Below, piece by piece: positions 37,607 to 51,397 of a stretch of DNA of 64,000 bases. The stretch is taken from the NCBI RefSeq assembly GCF_030144855.1, contig NC_082726.1:48546001-48610000 (forward strand), in the 5' to 3' direction. A program made the position numbers and the translations under genes. Position 1 is the stretch's first letter. Every line of letters starts with the position of its first letter. The stretch comes from Hypanus sabinus. Its lineage: Eukaryota. The notes beneath the pieces are model-generated. The model was not told where the DNA came from, made no database searches, and saw only the letters and a list, made by a program, of their open reading frames with translations.

Positions 37607-40600
37607 TGCATTTTAAACATTTAGATAAGGAGGGTACCCTCCAGGGAAGTAAAGGATATGTTTTTAAGGTGGGAGGAGGAAAGTTTAAAGGTGACGTACA
37701 AGAGAAGTTTTTGTACAGAGTAGTAAATGCCTGGAACAGGCTGCCAAGGGTAGCAGTGGAAGTCAGTATGGTAAAGGTGCTTAAGAGACTTTTAGATAGG
37801 TGCATGAAAATTAAGGGAATAGGGGGAAATGTACAGGCAGAAGAGGTTTTATTTAATTTCATATCATGTTCCTTACAGACATTGTGGGCCAAATGGCTTG
37901 AATTTGCATTGTGTGGTTCTGTGTTCTACTTAATGGAAGCTTGTAATAATTTTCATTACTTCCTTTGTCTCACTAGGTAGCTGAGCTTATTGCTGTCATC
38001 TCAATGAGGCAGGTGCAATCAGGCAATAGGAAGTGGTGCCCAGCTACTGCAAGCACCTACGACACCTCATTATGTACAAGAGCTTGCAGTGGCTGGGCAC
38101 CACTTCCTGTTCCCTTCCCCTACCCCCCCCCCCCACACACACACACACCTCAACACCCAGCCCATTCTTCTCACCTGCTTGTCCTTCCTGTCCCGCCAGC
38201 ATGTTATACACTTGTTGGCTTCGAAGTGAACTACCCAGCATCCTGAGGTGTTGGCCATAGGTCAGTAATAGCAACAACATCTCTGATCTCTGAATCTCCT
38301 TGGAACAGTGCCTCAGAACAGTTAACTGCATTCAAGTTGCTGCATAAGTTCATGCTGTTTGGAAATCACCTTAGAAAAATGTAATGGCTTACATTTCTGT
38401 AGCCCTTTCCATATCCCTTCTCTAAGTTACTCCAAAACACTTTATGGGCAATGAAGTTCTTTTAAAGCATCATTCTTGTCATACAGAAAATGCTGTAGCC
38501 ATCTACCAGCATGAAAACAACATTTATATTAGATTTCATTTGAGATTTTGTGCTCTTGCGGTTTTAATTCATTATAATGGTTTAATAGCTGTTCATTATT
38601 TACTTAATTGTTTATGCACGGCACATCTGATGATGTTACATAATAACTAATATCTTGAATGGCCTATATCCTGGGGGTCATATTAATGGGTGACTATCCA
38701 TTTGGTGTCTGCCTTACTTTTCCTCTTTTTAACACTATACTAAATGTAGCTTCCTGGGAACATGCTTCTGTCAAGCTTCTACTCCTTTCGTTTCCCGCTC
38801 CCACCTTCTTATTCTGACTTTCTTCCCCCTTCCCTCTCCATTTCCAATGAAGGGTCTTGGCCTGAACGTCAACAGCTTATTCTCCTCCATAGATGCTGCC
38901 TGACCTGCTGAGTTCCTGCAGCATTTGTGTGCGTGCGTGCATGTGCGTGTGTGTGCGTTATTCAACTTTTCCATTACCAGCAGAATCTCTTGTGTGTAAA
39001 TGGGCTTCAGTTTTTACAGATGAGCCTAAGTTAAAAGTCAGAATTTAATGTTAAGAAAGGTTCTGGGGATGACTTGCCTCATGGTCTTTGAAGTAGTGCT
39101 GTGAGATCCTTGCCGATCACTGCTGATGGTGCAGCACTCCCGCAGTAGTCTTGATGGATCATTAGAAGTGAGTCATGGCTGGCAGTGTGAACGTCAGACA
39201 GCAATGAGAGGAAATGATTGAAGCACAGGAGCAGTGGGTGGCAGACCTGAATGACTATTACAATGCGGAGGTCGGAGGCCCGGAGGTGGCCTGCTCTGGG
39301 GTTGGAGGCCCGACTAGTTGTGTGGATGAGAGGGTGGGAAAGGGCCCATTTTATTGTTGTTGTTCTTCGTTTATTATTTGCATGTTGTTCTGCTGTGGGC
39401 ATGACAGGTTGGCTCCGGAATGTGTGGTGACACCTTTGGGTGCAGGTGCCCCTCTCACTTCCTTCAGTAGTGTTGGCTGATAACGCAAACAATGCCTTTC
39501 ACTGTATGGTTCAGTATGTGATAAATAAATCTAATCTACCCACCTGTCAGCCAACAGCGCAGTTACCTACTGTTGAAACGTACCAATGGAGATCATGCAT
39601 TAGGCGATCAGTTTTGCCCTGCTGTTCATAATGACTTTGACTTGTCAACAGAGAAGGGTGGAGGGATATTCACTTTTATTTACCGGTACTGGACACATGC
39701 ATTATCAAGGATGTATCTCACTCTAACCATAGACTTTTTACTCTCCTCCTATCCGGTAGGTGCTACAGGAGCCTCCGCTCCCGCACCAGCAGGCTCAGGA
39801 AGAGTTTCTTCTCTGAGGCTCTGACCCCGCTGAACCTCACATCACAGCGCTAAGCAGTTTTGCACCCATATTGTACTGTTTCAGTAGTTTTATATTTGTG
39901 TGCTGTAGCACCTACTTTTTATTCACAGTTATTTTGTAAATAACATTATTCTTTTGCACTTCTGTTTAGATGCTAATTGCATTTCATTGGCTTTGTATCT
40001 GTACTCGGCACAATGACAATAAAGTTGAATCTAATCTAATCTAATAGGTAAATGTAAACAACTATCTATAATAAACTTCACCCATTTACTGCTCTCAAAT
40101 TCAAGGAGACTAAATGCATATCAGATAGAAATTAAATGTTATTGACCAAGGAAACATTCCACCCCCCCATGATCTTTTATGTAAATGGAATATTTACTTA
40201 CTTGGGTAAATTTGCACTCGTGAACTACTTTTGTCAGATATGAACTCACATCTCTGGATCATTGACCCAGGACTCATGATGCAAGTCTAGCAGCTTAACT
40301 GCTGTACTAACGTGCCCCTGACAAGTGGAAATTGCATCACATTTACTTGAGAATTCTTTTCAAAGTGATTTGTCATTGAATAGTTTGCCCTAACCACCTT
40401 AAGTCCAGAGAATGGCACAATCAATTGAGGCCGGCATTGGATTGAAAATACTGTACTCTCTTATCAAGGCTTATGGTCTGTCACTAAAAAGAACTCAAAT
40501 CTGGAAGCAGTTGATCAGTTGATCAGGCAGCATACGCAAGGACAGAAACAGTTAATGTTTCAAGTCCAAGATACCCATGATCAGAGCTGGAAAGGTAATA

Positions 40601-41113
40601 AAACAAGGTCACTCTATGTTGATTTGCTGGGTAGAAGGGAAGAGCTGGAGAGAACAGATATAAAGTCTCTGATAAGTTGTCAAGGTTGCAATTGTTTTAA
40701 AAATTGACAGTGAATGACAGAATTGAAACAGAAAGTTAAAAGCATATCTGTGGAGAGAATCAAAAGGCATTTGGTAACCTGATAAAATTCAGTATTAAGT
40801 CCCAAGAGTGATGAATACCCATATAGAGGACAAGGTGCCATTCTTCAAGCTTACTTTGGGAATTGTTGGAGCAATGTAGAAGAGAATAGAAAGAGAAATC
40901 ATTATAGGAGTGGGAGAAGGAATTGGACTGACAATTGCAAGTAATGGCCCATTTTTGTCTGCAACAGATATGGTGGTGCTTTTCTATTGGAATCTGTTTG
41001 TTCTTTTTCACTCCTGCTCACGTCTTTTCTTCAAAGGAACCGACAACTTGGCTCTGTGCCCCATCACAGACAGTCCCTCTGTACTCCTCTCCTTTTCTAC
41101 TACTTAAAACATG

Positions 41114-41304
41114 TAACACACACAAAATGGAGGAACTCAGTAGGTTAGAAAGTATCTGTTGAAAGGAATAAACAGTCAATGTTTTGGCCTGAGAACAAAA
41201 GTTGATTCTTGTTCATAGATGCTGCCTGACTTGGTGATTCCTCCAGCATTTTGTGCATGTTAATCTGAGGATTTCCAGCATCCATGGTATCTTTTGTGTT
41301 TATA
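41114..41304. mobile_element. Short palindromic Penelope-terminus element
   Basis: Same inverted arms; exact TSD ACTTAAAACATG (41102-41113, 41305-41316). Confidence 0.78.
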
Positions 41305-42034
41305 ACTTAAAACATGACAGCTTTTCCCTTTTCAGACTCTGATGAAGAGATTTTGACCTTGAATGTTGATTTTGTTTCTGTTCCCATTAATGCTGCTCAA
41401 CCCACTGAGAAGCTTCCTGCATTTTTTTTGTTTTGGATACCATGCAGTTACAGCAATTTGCTCCATTTACAGTTCTTCATCTGTGAGGCAGCTATGTTGC
41501 TATTGAGAAGCCAGCACTCCTACTGATACTGGGTCTTGAGTGTAAATCCTGCAATCTCCACCAGCTGTAGAAATAGATGAGGGTTTTCTTGTGTTGGTTC
41601 CAAGTCTCTCATCTCTTTTCTTCCCTACTCAACACCATTCCATGTGTCTGGAGAAAATGGAGACTATAATATGGACCATTTGGCCCACTGAATTTCTGCT
41701 GACCATCAACACCAACTTATGCCAAATCCAATTTTTTATGCTCTCTGTACTCCCTTCAACTTCCACTGATCCTACTGCCCACTACACACTAGGAACAATT
41801 TACAATGGCCCTGTTAGCCTCCTGTCCCACTAATTTTCGGAAACTAGAGCACCCGGGGGGGGGGGGGGGAATCCACTTGGTAATGGAGAACCTGAAAGCT
41901 TGAGATGGACAGCATGGAGGTCAGGACGGAATCTGAGTTACTGGCCTGATGAGACAGCAGCTTCCTCAGCCGCACATTAATACAAAAGTCATCTGGGGAA
42001 AATGTGACATTTCCTGGAGCTACAGTTATGACTA

Positions 42035-42230
42035 GCCAGCTGCTGGTGTAGTGGCATCACCAGTGAATGGTCCCGGGTTTCAATCCGGCTGGCCGCTTGC
42101 TCATTTTCCATCTGTGCAGGGTTGAGCATCGAGCAAGCAACTCGGCCTCATTAAAAAAAAACAGACAAATGCTAAAGATATGGCAAAAAAAATGCCGTCA
42201 GATGCGCCACAAGGCGCAAAAATGTTGTGT
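42035..42230 (+). mobile_element. tRNA-derived SINE (same family as the LTR host)
   Basis: tggtgtagtggcatc...gggtttcaatccggctggc...gttgagcatcgagc...gatgcgccacaaggcg. Confidence 0.75.
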
Positions 42231-42647
42231 CTGAACAATGGTGTCATTTTTAAGGTGCTTTTTTTTCTTCACATAACTGAAGCAACACTGCCCAAGCAGT
42301 GAGCTTTGCTGTTTGCACACTAATCAGTGTCCATTAATTGCGATAGGCACAGACCTTGGGAATCAAAGCTACAGCCTCTGGCTGAACTCAGGGTTTTGAG
42401 AGTCCCTCTGAAGGCTGAAAAGAGAGGAACAATGGCTGAAGGAAAACATACACAGATATTCCATGCAGAGGCAAATGCATTAATCAGCGTTCACTTATGA
42501 GCCAAATTCTGTAACCACATTATCTTGCGTACACTAATAAACTTTGAGTGTCTCAATGTACTAATAATTGATTATCATGTCATTCATTACCACAAATATA
42601 GACGTTAACTTCCTGTTAGTAAAACGTAATGTGCCGCTATGTAATCC

Positions 42648-42835
42648 TTTATTCGTATCGCTGTTGGAACTTGAGTTGGACGAAAAGCTTTGGTCCTGAC
42701 TTTCCAGCTTAGCTTGATTGCTGTCTATTACTGCCAGTTCTGAATGGAATATATGTCATTGTTTGTGTAGCCCTTTGCAATAGTATTCTGACAATTCATG
42801 CCACCACTTTATTTGCTCCAAGCCATATGCCCGCA
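42648..42835 (-). other. VSIR: Proximal VSIR 3' UTR with candidate AATAAA signals (42808-42813 and 42648-42653); the true 3' end is unknown
   Basis: Repeat-free sequence directly after the TGA; two minus-strand AATAAA hexamers (plus-strand tttatt). Confidence 0.45.
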
Positions 42836-42861
42836 TCACTTTGGAGAGTCTGGTACTAGTT
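42836..42861 (-). CDS. VSIR: VISTA terminal exon, coding part with stop (equivalent of human exon 7)
   Basis: Minus strand gtttccctcctgcag|AACTAGTACCAGACTCTCCAAAGTGA. Phase-1 entry gives (E)LVPDSPK* versus human DPVPDSPNFEVI*. Confidence 0.88.
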
Positions 42862-45800
42862 CTGCAGGAGGGAAACGAACAAGGTTACTGTTAACATTTT
42901 TCTTATCATTGATTAAATTTTTTAAACAATTTAATGTTTAATTAAAGGGTTACTGTATGACAAGCATTTGATGGCTCAGAAAGGCCTTGATGGAGTAGAT
43001 GTGGAGAGGATGCTTCCAATAGTGAGACAGTCTAGGACCACAGGACACAACCTCAGAATACAAACATGTCCCTTTAAAACAGAGATGAGGATGAATTTTT
43101 TGCTAGAGGGTGGTAAATCTTTAGAATTCATTGCCTCAGACAGCTGTGGAGGTCAAGTCATTGGGAATACTTAAAGAGGAGGTTGCTAGGTTCTCGATTA
43201 GTAAGGGTGTCAAAGGTTGCCAGGAAAAGGCAGGATAATGGGGTTGAGGGGGATGATAAATCAGTCATAATTGAATGGTGGAGCCTACTTGACAGGCTTA
43301 GTGGCCTAATTCTGCACCTACACCTATTGCCTTATGGATATAAGATATCCAAGTCAAAACCAAATAGTTGGTGCGGTGTTTACCCCTATAGCTTGTGTAG
43401 ATTTGTTGTTTGGTATACTAATTGGGAGCATTTTGGCATGGCCTTCATCTTTAAATCAGAATATTGTGGTTTCAAATGCTGTTGCAGATACCCAAACACA
43501 AAAAGCCTGGGCTGACACACCAGTGAGGCTCTGAGGGACTGCTGCCAACATTGGAGACGGTGTCTTTGAAAGACACATTAAATCAATACTCTCTCAGGTG
43601 GAGGTAGAAGGTCCCATGACACAAAGGGGTTAGCCCAAGAGATTTATTCCCAGTTGACACCACTTAAAAATAATGAACATTTATCACAAGGTTTGTGCGG
43701 ATCTACAATATTTGTTAGACCATAAGACATAGGAGCAGAAATTGGCCATTTGGCTCATCACGTCTGCTCCAGCAAGTATTGCCAAGCCAACATTGCATGA
43801 AGTACTTCATTGGCTTACAGCACTTTGAAATGGTAAGAGGCTATGAAGGGAAATGAGAGCTGGGTAAGGGTGCTTTGGAAATGCAAGTCTTTTATCTTTT
43901 TAAATTTAGTTCTACTGATGTGCAGCTTCTATTCTCATTCCATTCCTTTTTACCCTTGTCAGAGGCACCAGTGTTTCCAAATGTGAATGTTGGCACTCAT
44001 GGTAACAGGATGAGGCATTACACCTCCATGAGCCAGATGTCTTGTTTGATGGTTGCAAAGCTTTTTAGAAAAAGAAAAAAAAAAGTCATGGAGAGGCTGT
44101 GAAGAGTTTTTAAAAGAGGAAATCTGTTTCTGCTTCTCCATTCATAGGTTCGGAAACCAAGTGCTGAGGATTGAATTGAATTGACTTTAATTCTTACATT
44201 CCTCACATGCATGAACAGTAAAAATCTTTACGTTACATCTCTGTCTAAATGTGCAATTTATAGTCATTTGTAATAAATAATATGTACAACAGGACAGTCA
44301 ATATAACATAGAAATAGAATTGTATCAATGTGAATTAATCAGTCTGATGGCCTGGTTGAAGAAGCTGTCCCGGAGCCTGTTGGCCCTGGCTTTTCCATTT
44401 CCCGGATGGTAGCAGCTGGAACAATTTATGGTTAAGGTGACTTGGTTCCCCAATGAGCCTTCAGGCCCTTTTTACGCACCTGCCTCTGTAAATGTCCTGA
44501 ATAGTGGGGAGTTCACATCTACAGATGTGCTGGGCTGTCCGCACCACTCTCTGCAGAGGGTGGGATCCAAATGCTGAACTTGAGGATGACAATGATTCCC
44601 ATTTAAATTGGGTACTAAACATATTAAAATTCTATGTATTACAAATTGATAATATCAAACATAATTTGACATCTAGCTACAATGGGAGACATCTGGGCTG
44701 ATGATCAGACATTTATTCACACTTGTTGCTCAGCATGATCATAGTGAGTTGAATGGGCTCCTATGCTATAAATTCCTATCATTTTGTAAGTTTGATCGAT
44801 CAGTTGATTTTAGAAGAAAAGCAATATTCCCACTGGTTCAAGCAGCAATAAAATAATCAGCCTAAAACCTAGATGGGAAAGAATTATGAAGGCTGAAAAA
44901 GGAGAAGTGTTTCAGATGCAGCAAGTTGTTAATGAACTAGGAAGCCCTTTGGAAGTTGTCCACTTGGTAATTTGCCTTGTTTAGAAACCAACAAAAAAGC
45001 ATTGCTTCTAATAACCATCAGTAATTAATATTTACAGTGGATGTCTGAACCTCTGGAGCTACAAATATTTAATTTATTTAAAACATATGAGAGTTGTGCT
45101 TCTTCATTCGCCTTGCCAAAGATCACAGATGATGATTTGCACAATTGAAATTTTTTCTGTGCTGAAGACCTATGTGCCTGACTTTAGCTTAACACTTCTG
45201 GTTGTTTTGGACTATCATCCTGTGAGATGGCATTCAACCTATTAAGAGACTTAAATTCAAGCAATGGGACAAGTTCTTTTACAAAGGTTCCATTTGGTGA
45301 TCATGTTGAAAATTTTTTTTTAATTTATATGCAATTTCCAACAACCTTTCTGCGGCATTTGGTACACTTTCGAATTATAATTGAAAGATTGTTGACTATT
45401 TTCTCCACGAAGTTTGTCAAGGGGGTGGATACTTCTACAACTGGCCATCAACAATTATATGCAGGAAAACATTTGCAGAGTGAATCAAAATCCCAGCATC
45501 CATTCAATTCCTTCAATTATTCTAATCCTCGTCCTGCAGCCCTCCAAGATTTGTATACTCTTTCAGTTCAGATGTTTTTCCTATTGCAGCTTTTCCTCAC
45601 CACCAGTCCAACTTCTATTACTCCCCTACCCTCACCCACAGTCCCTTCCAAACTCTGAAACCCCTCTGAAACCCCTCTGGCCTTACCTTTACTCCCTTTA
45701 AAACACAATTTGTAACTTGGGTCTTGAATAAATATCTGATCATCAGCTCATATTTCTCCCTTTGTGGCTAGATGTCAATTTTATTTTTGATGTCACTCAT

Positions 45801-46329
45801 TTGAAGTACTTAGGAAAGAAGAAGTTGTTCAGTACCCAGTTGAAATGGGAATCATAGTCCTCTTGAGTTCAAGTGATTTAGAAATGCTTGCATTATTCAA
45901 GAAATGCACAGATGTGGTGTGCACTAGTTAGTATGCATCCCCTAATCTTCTTTGCAAAGCTTTTAGCTGTTAACCACAGCACCGTTGACTGCCCAGGTAT
46001 GCATACAGTCTGGGTGAAGTGTTTTAATCTCTCTGCTCAAGACTGGATTTTGGGTGTTTTGGCACCTTAAAGAATCTTCAAGTGCAATACCATTTAAATG
46101 CTTCTAATTGACTCAGCTTTCCTACCTACACAAAAAGAACATTTCTTACTCCTCTCTTTAGAAGGTTAAACTCTTAAAATGAGAACAAAAATTATGTCAT
46201 GTATCAATTACAAAGAAAGTGTTTTACACTTAAAATGTGACATCAGATTTTGTCTGACGTGTCCTTTTTGACCTTCCTGTACTTTCCTGCTGTCTCATTC
46301 CTCTGTCGACCTTGCACACACTAACACAA

Positions 46330-46570
46330 CATTTAACCTCCACTCACCCTCTCACCCTCTTTCTCCCCTTTTCTTCCCCCTTCCCTTCCCCCTCCATTTT
46401 CTTCTTCCGCATGCTTTCATCTTCTCTCCCCCTTTCCCCTCCTCTCCCCTTTCTGCCCCTTCTCTCCAACCCCTCTCTGCCCCCTCTCTCCAACCCCTCT
46501 CTCCCTCCTCTCTCCGTTCTCTTCTCTCACCTCTCCCCCTCTCTCCTCCCTCCCTCTCTCTCCACCCTAT
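46330..46570. repeat. Polypyrimidine/polypurine low-complexity tract with imperfect 21-nt repeats
   Basis: Almost purine-free plus strand; ccctctctgcccctctctccaa-like units. Confidence 0.8.
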
Positions 46571-47118
46571 CATATCCCCAAAATATACTACACCCAAAAA
46601 CTTACTTTTTGTTCTGTAATAGATGAAGCTGTCCGTTTTACACAGCTGGATGCTAAACAGTAATGCAAAAATGATGGGTTACTTTATTTCTTTGATGCTG
46701 AGTGAAGGATAAATATTGACCAGGATATCAGGTGTGAACTGCATTGAGTCACAGAGAGATCCAGCACCGTTAGGCCCTTCAGCCCATCAACTCCATACCA
46801 ATCATGAACCGGCCATTTTTACACCAATCCAACCTTTCTTGCTGTTAAAATAGCATCATAGAATTTTTCATGTCCAGCTGTCAGGAAGATGTTCCTAAAT
46901 TTAGCATTTCATCTGTCAGCCATACTTCTGTGGTGCTGCAGCAAAGAAAGGGTAGATTTTTGCTAAATCCAGCAACCTCTGATCTCACAGCAAGGCTGCT
47001 GCTTAATGAGCTCTGGCAGAAACCTGGAAATTCGATGCATTGTCAGTTTGCTCTTGCATACACGTAGGCTAGTTTCTGTAACATCCCCATGCAAGCAATG
47101 CGTGAAGAACAGACTTAC

Positions 47119-47294
47119 CCAGTATTGGGAAGAATCGCTGCATAGGCTCCGGGGAAATTGGGGTGTTGGGCTCAGAGAGAAGGTGCCGATCGGATTCTGA
47201 CTGAATTCGGCTGATAGTTGGTACTTTTGGTTTCACTTCTGAATTTTGCACTGGGATTTCCTCAAATACTGGATTCTCCACTCCTACAGCCTCA
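47119..47294 (-). CDS. VSIR: VISTA cytoplasmic-tail exon (equivalent of human exon 6)
   Basis: Minus strand ctttatag|TGAG...ATACTGG|gtaagt; 176 nt, phase 2-1. Encodes [58 protein letters not shown] versus human GIENPGFE...[30 protein letters not shown]. Contained in ORF 47069..47449. Confidence 0.95.
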
Positions 47295-48329
47295 CTATAA
47301 AGTGTAAAACCAAGGAGACTTAGCAGACAATATGTGATACCGGATCGTCTATTATCTAATATCAGGCAATCTATTACATTAATAAATGAAGCAAAACATT
47401 TACTACAAGGTAAGAGCCTATTCAACTCATGTGAACATCCCGCTACCACCCAGTAAAATTACTTATGACAGTACCAACAGAATTAGATTATTTTATATTT
47501 AACTATATGTCTTATATGCACTTACGTCAACTTGTACATCAACAGAATATTTTTTATTTTCTGATAATATTATTGTGTTATTATTATTTGATGTGCTGTA
47601 TGTGATATACGTTCTGTGCACCTTGGTCCAGAGGAATATTGTTTCATTTAGCTGTATACATGTGTATGGTTGAATGACAGTAAACTTGAACTTAATCAAA
47701 GAAAAAGATACATTCAGTTTAGAGCATTGTCCAGGTATTCCGCGCATTGTCTCACAGGTAGCAGGAACTTACTGAGAAAGATATTTTTCAAAAAGATGAA
47801 AAGCCTCTAATCAGTCACCTTCCACCCCCACTACCCATTCCACCATTCTTGCTAACTGACCTCTGGGCTAAGTAACCTCATGTCAGTATTTACAATTTGA
47901 TACATGCAAAAAGACTGATGGATCTGTAATGTCCTGCTGTCACTTACAGAGTGTAATGGCTTTGTTTGGCAGGGTGTCATGAATCATGAAGCCTCATGAA
48001 GTGATATAAAGAGATTAGCTGTATTTGTCACATAGACAATGAAATGTGTCATATCAGATCAAATCTGCGAGGATTGTGCTGGGCAGCCCACGAGTGTTGC
48101 CAGACATCCGGCACCAACATAGCACATCCACAACTCACTAACCTTAACCGTGCATCTTTGGAATGTGGGAGGAAACCCGTACGGTCATGAGGAGAACATA
48201 CAAACTCCTTACAGATAGCAGCGGGATCGAACCCAGATCTCATAGCGAGCACTGTAAAGTGATTGTGCTAACTGCTATACTACCATGCCACCCAATAAGC
48301 ATACACTGTGGTCTATAAAATTCAAAACT

Positions 48330-51130
48330 ATGGTCATCTCCAACAAGAGAGAGTTTAACTATTTCCCTTTGATGTTTAATGGTGCCACTATTGTCAGGTC
48401 CTTCACCATTTCAGGGACGATGTTGACCAGAAACTTAACCAGATCATCTAAGTAAATGCTATGGTAGTGCTGGGTATCCAGCTTAGCAATAGTATCCATC
48501 ACAACCTGAGCCATGAACCCAGAATGCAAAGTCTATTCCCCAGCTGTCTGGCCGTCTGACTGTGGTTTAACGCCTGTGGTCCTCTTGATTGGCATCCGTC
48601 CAGCACTCTGCACACTCATTCTCTGCAATGTTAGTGCACCTACCAGCACTGCAGAAACCTACCAGCACCTCCAGCAGCACTTCCCAAACCCACAAACTCT
48701 ATTACTTAAAAAAAAACAGCAGCTACACAGAGTGACAGCAGCATTTGTAGGTTCCACTCCACCCTGACATAAATTACCGATCTTTCATCAGCATTGACTC
48801 AAAATCTTGGAACTCCCCATATGAGAGCATAGGGTGAACACCTTCACCACATCATCTTCAGAGGTCCAACACAATGGTTCAGCACCACCACGTCCTCGAG
48901 GGCAATTACTGATGGGAATAAAAGCTGTCCATATCCCCAAAGGAAAAGATTTTTAAAAGTACACAGATGAACTTGAATTGATCACATATAGCTGATGGTA
49001 ACTGATCCCTGTTTGTTGATTGAGGAATTGCCCTTTGAGTGAATCAGTGTTGGGCTAAGGACCACACAGCAAAAACCAAACCAGTCAAAAAGAGATAAAA
49101 AACCAGGACTAACTGAGCTTTGTGCCAGTAGACTCACTGACAAGCAGCAGACCTGGATCTCAAGTAACACGCACAAAATGCTGCAGGAACAGGTCAGGTC
49201 AGCATCCATGGAAGGGAATAAACAGTCGACATTTTGGCCCAAGGCTCTTCATCAGGACTAGAAAGGAAGGGAGAAGAAGCCAGAATAAAAAGATGGGAGG
49301 AGGGTGAGGAGTACGAAGTGGCAGGTGATAGATGAAGGTAGGTAAGTGGGTGAAGTGTAGATTTGGGAGATGATCATTAGATAAGGTACAAGGCTGAAGA
49401 AGAAGGAATTTGAAAGGAGAGGAGTGTGGACCATGGGAGAAGGGGCACCAGAAGGAGGTGACAGGTAGGTAAGGTGAGAGTGGCCTCATTGTGACAGTAG
49501 AGAAAGCCATGCACGGACCTGTCAGAATGGGAATGGGCACTGAAATTAAAATGGTTGGCCAGCCGCAAGGAAATCCTGCTGGATGCAGACAGAGCAAAGG
49601 TACTCAATCTTCAATATTGTTCTGATGCAGGAAGGTATGTCTCTTTGCCCTTGATAGTGGAGGCCGCAGATTATTGAAGTGCTGTTAAAAGTAGTTGAGT
49701 AACTTCAATGAGTTTTGCAGATAAGACACACTCTAACCACTGAGTGATAGTGGAGGATAGGATGCCAGGCAATTGGATTGCTTTGGTCCGTATGGTGATG
49801 AGCTGATTAAAAATTATCAGAATTCCATGTATTCAGGCAGAGCAGGCAGTAGCACATTCCTGACTGGTGTTGTATAGATAGTGGATAGACCTTGGGGTAT
49901 CAGGAGGGGACTGTCTGACTGCAGGATATCTGGTCTTTGAATAACTTTTGCACTTGCAGTATTTGTGCTGGTTATGTGGTCGGACAACTTGGGTTTTGGG
50001 TCAGTGATGGCTGAGAGGACGTTGATAACGGGAGATTCAGTGAACCAAGGTTCCAGGGCATGTGAAGCAACAATACTAATTGCTGCAGCCCTGTGCTCCA
50101 CAAATTAACGGCCAATCAAAGCCCTTGCCTAAACATTATCTTGATCTTGTTGCGTAGAGGCCTGGGGTGGCTTCATTTGATGAGAAGTACAATCATTAGT
50201 GCACATCCCCAGTTCTATTCTTCCGAGGGAATGAAACATTGTTGATGAAGAACCTGATCTTTGGCACTTCTCTGGGGGAGTTCTCAGTGATGCCCTTGGT
50301 TTGGAATGATTGACATCCGATAGCCACAGACATCTTCCTCTGCACAAATATGAATCTAATAAATGAAGAGTTTTCCCTTGGTGTTCATTGATGTCAATTT
50401 TAACAGAGCTCTTTGATGTCACACCTGATCAGACGTGGCCTTAATGTCAAGGGCAGTCCCTCAGATCCTACCTGTAATTTTGGTTCTGGTCCACATCTGG
50501 ACAAAGACTTTAATGAAGTGTGGAGCCTCAATGTTCTAATGAAACTAAATCTGGGATAGGAGATGCAGAACTGGAACCTTGAGTAAAAAACAAACTACTG
50601 GAGAAACTCAAGATCGAGCAGAATCTGATACAGGGTTTTGACCTGAAATGTTGTCCCTCCACAGATCCTGCCTGGCCCACTGCATTCCTCCAGCAGTTTG
50701 CTTGGAGATTCAGTCAGCTCTTTATTGGAATGTTAAGGTCAGTTGGTTATCGACTGAGAATAGATGGATATTACAGTGATTAGATCTCTCTTACTTTTTC
50801 AGGACATTTCACGCCTGAGTTACTTACCATGTTGGTAGTTAGATGCCAACGTTGTTCCTTTTCAACCACGCCCCCCCCCCCCCCACCCAGAACAGCCTGG
50901 CTGAAGATGGCATTAGTTCTGGAGTACTGGTCTTCAATACTACAGCTGACGTGTTGTCTAGTCTCATAGACTTTGCATATCCAGTGCTGATGCCTTTTTT
51001 CCTGATAGCTCAATGAGTGATTCGTTGGCCAAAGACTGGCTTCTGCTATGGTTGGAATCTCAGAGAGAAGATATGACAGAGCTCTTTGATGCCACACCCA
51101 GTCAAATGCTGCCTTAATGTCATGGGTAGG
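48330..51130. mobile_element. Old CR1/L2-type LINE fragments in both orientations (plus ~48330-48930; minus ~49620-50480 and ~50990-51130)
   Basis: RT motif DIKAAFDWVWHQ (ORF 50780..51142) and ESPVINVLSAITDPK (ORF 49817..50101). Confidence 0.55.
49160..49600 (-). mobile_element. Penelope-like 3' fragment
   Basis: ORF 49377..49607 contains LANHFNFSAHSHSDRSVHGFLYCHNEATL (GIY-YIG C-terminus); family terminus at the low end. Confidence 0.75.
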
Positions 51131-51397
51131 CCCTCTCCACACTCTGACTACCCTTGTGTCATCGCACCTTCATGGTGCCAGGAGAGAAATAAAATCCTAC
51201 AGGTTTATCTTCTGCTCATTCATGTCCTTCTAGCACATGACCAGCTCCCTCAGTGCTATCAACACCACATAATCTTTGGCCACAAAGGCACATTCTGATT
51301 TCCAGTTCCAGAACCTTTACACACACTTGAATGATTTGGTGAAGTAAAGGAAGTCAATCTCAATAGGTTAAAATAAATTTTAAGCTGGGGAACTTAC

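Noticed and set aside
45990-46070. Alternative VSIR terminal exons (here and at ~44160 and ~44610)
   Set aside because: AG sites give peptides unrelated to VISTA; 42861 has a strong acceptor and the conserved VPDSP.
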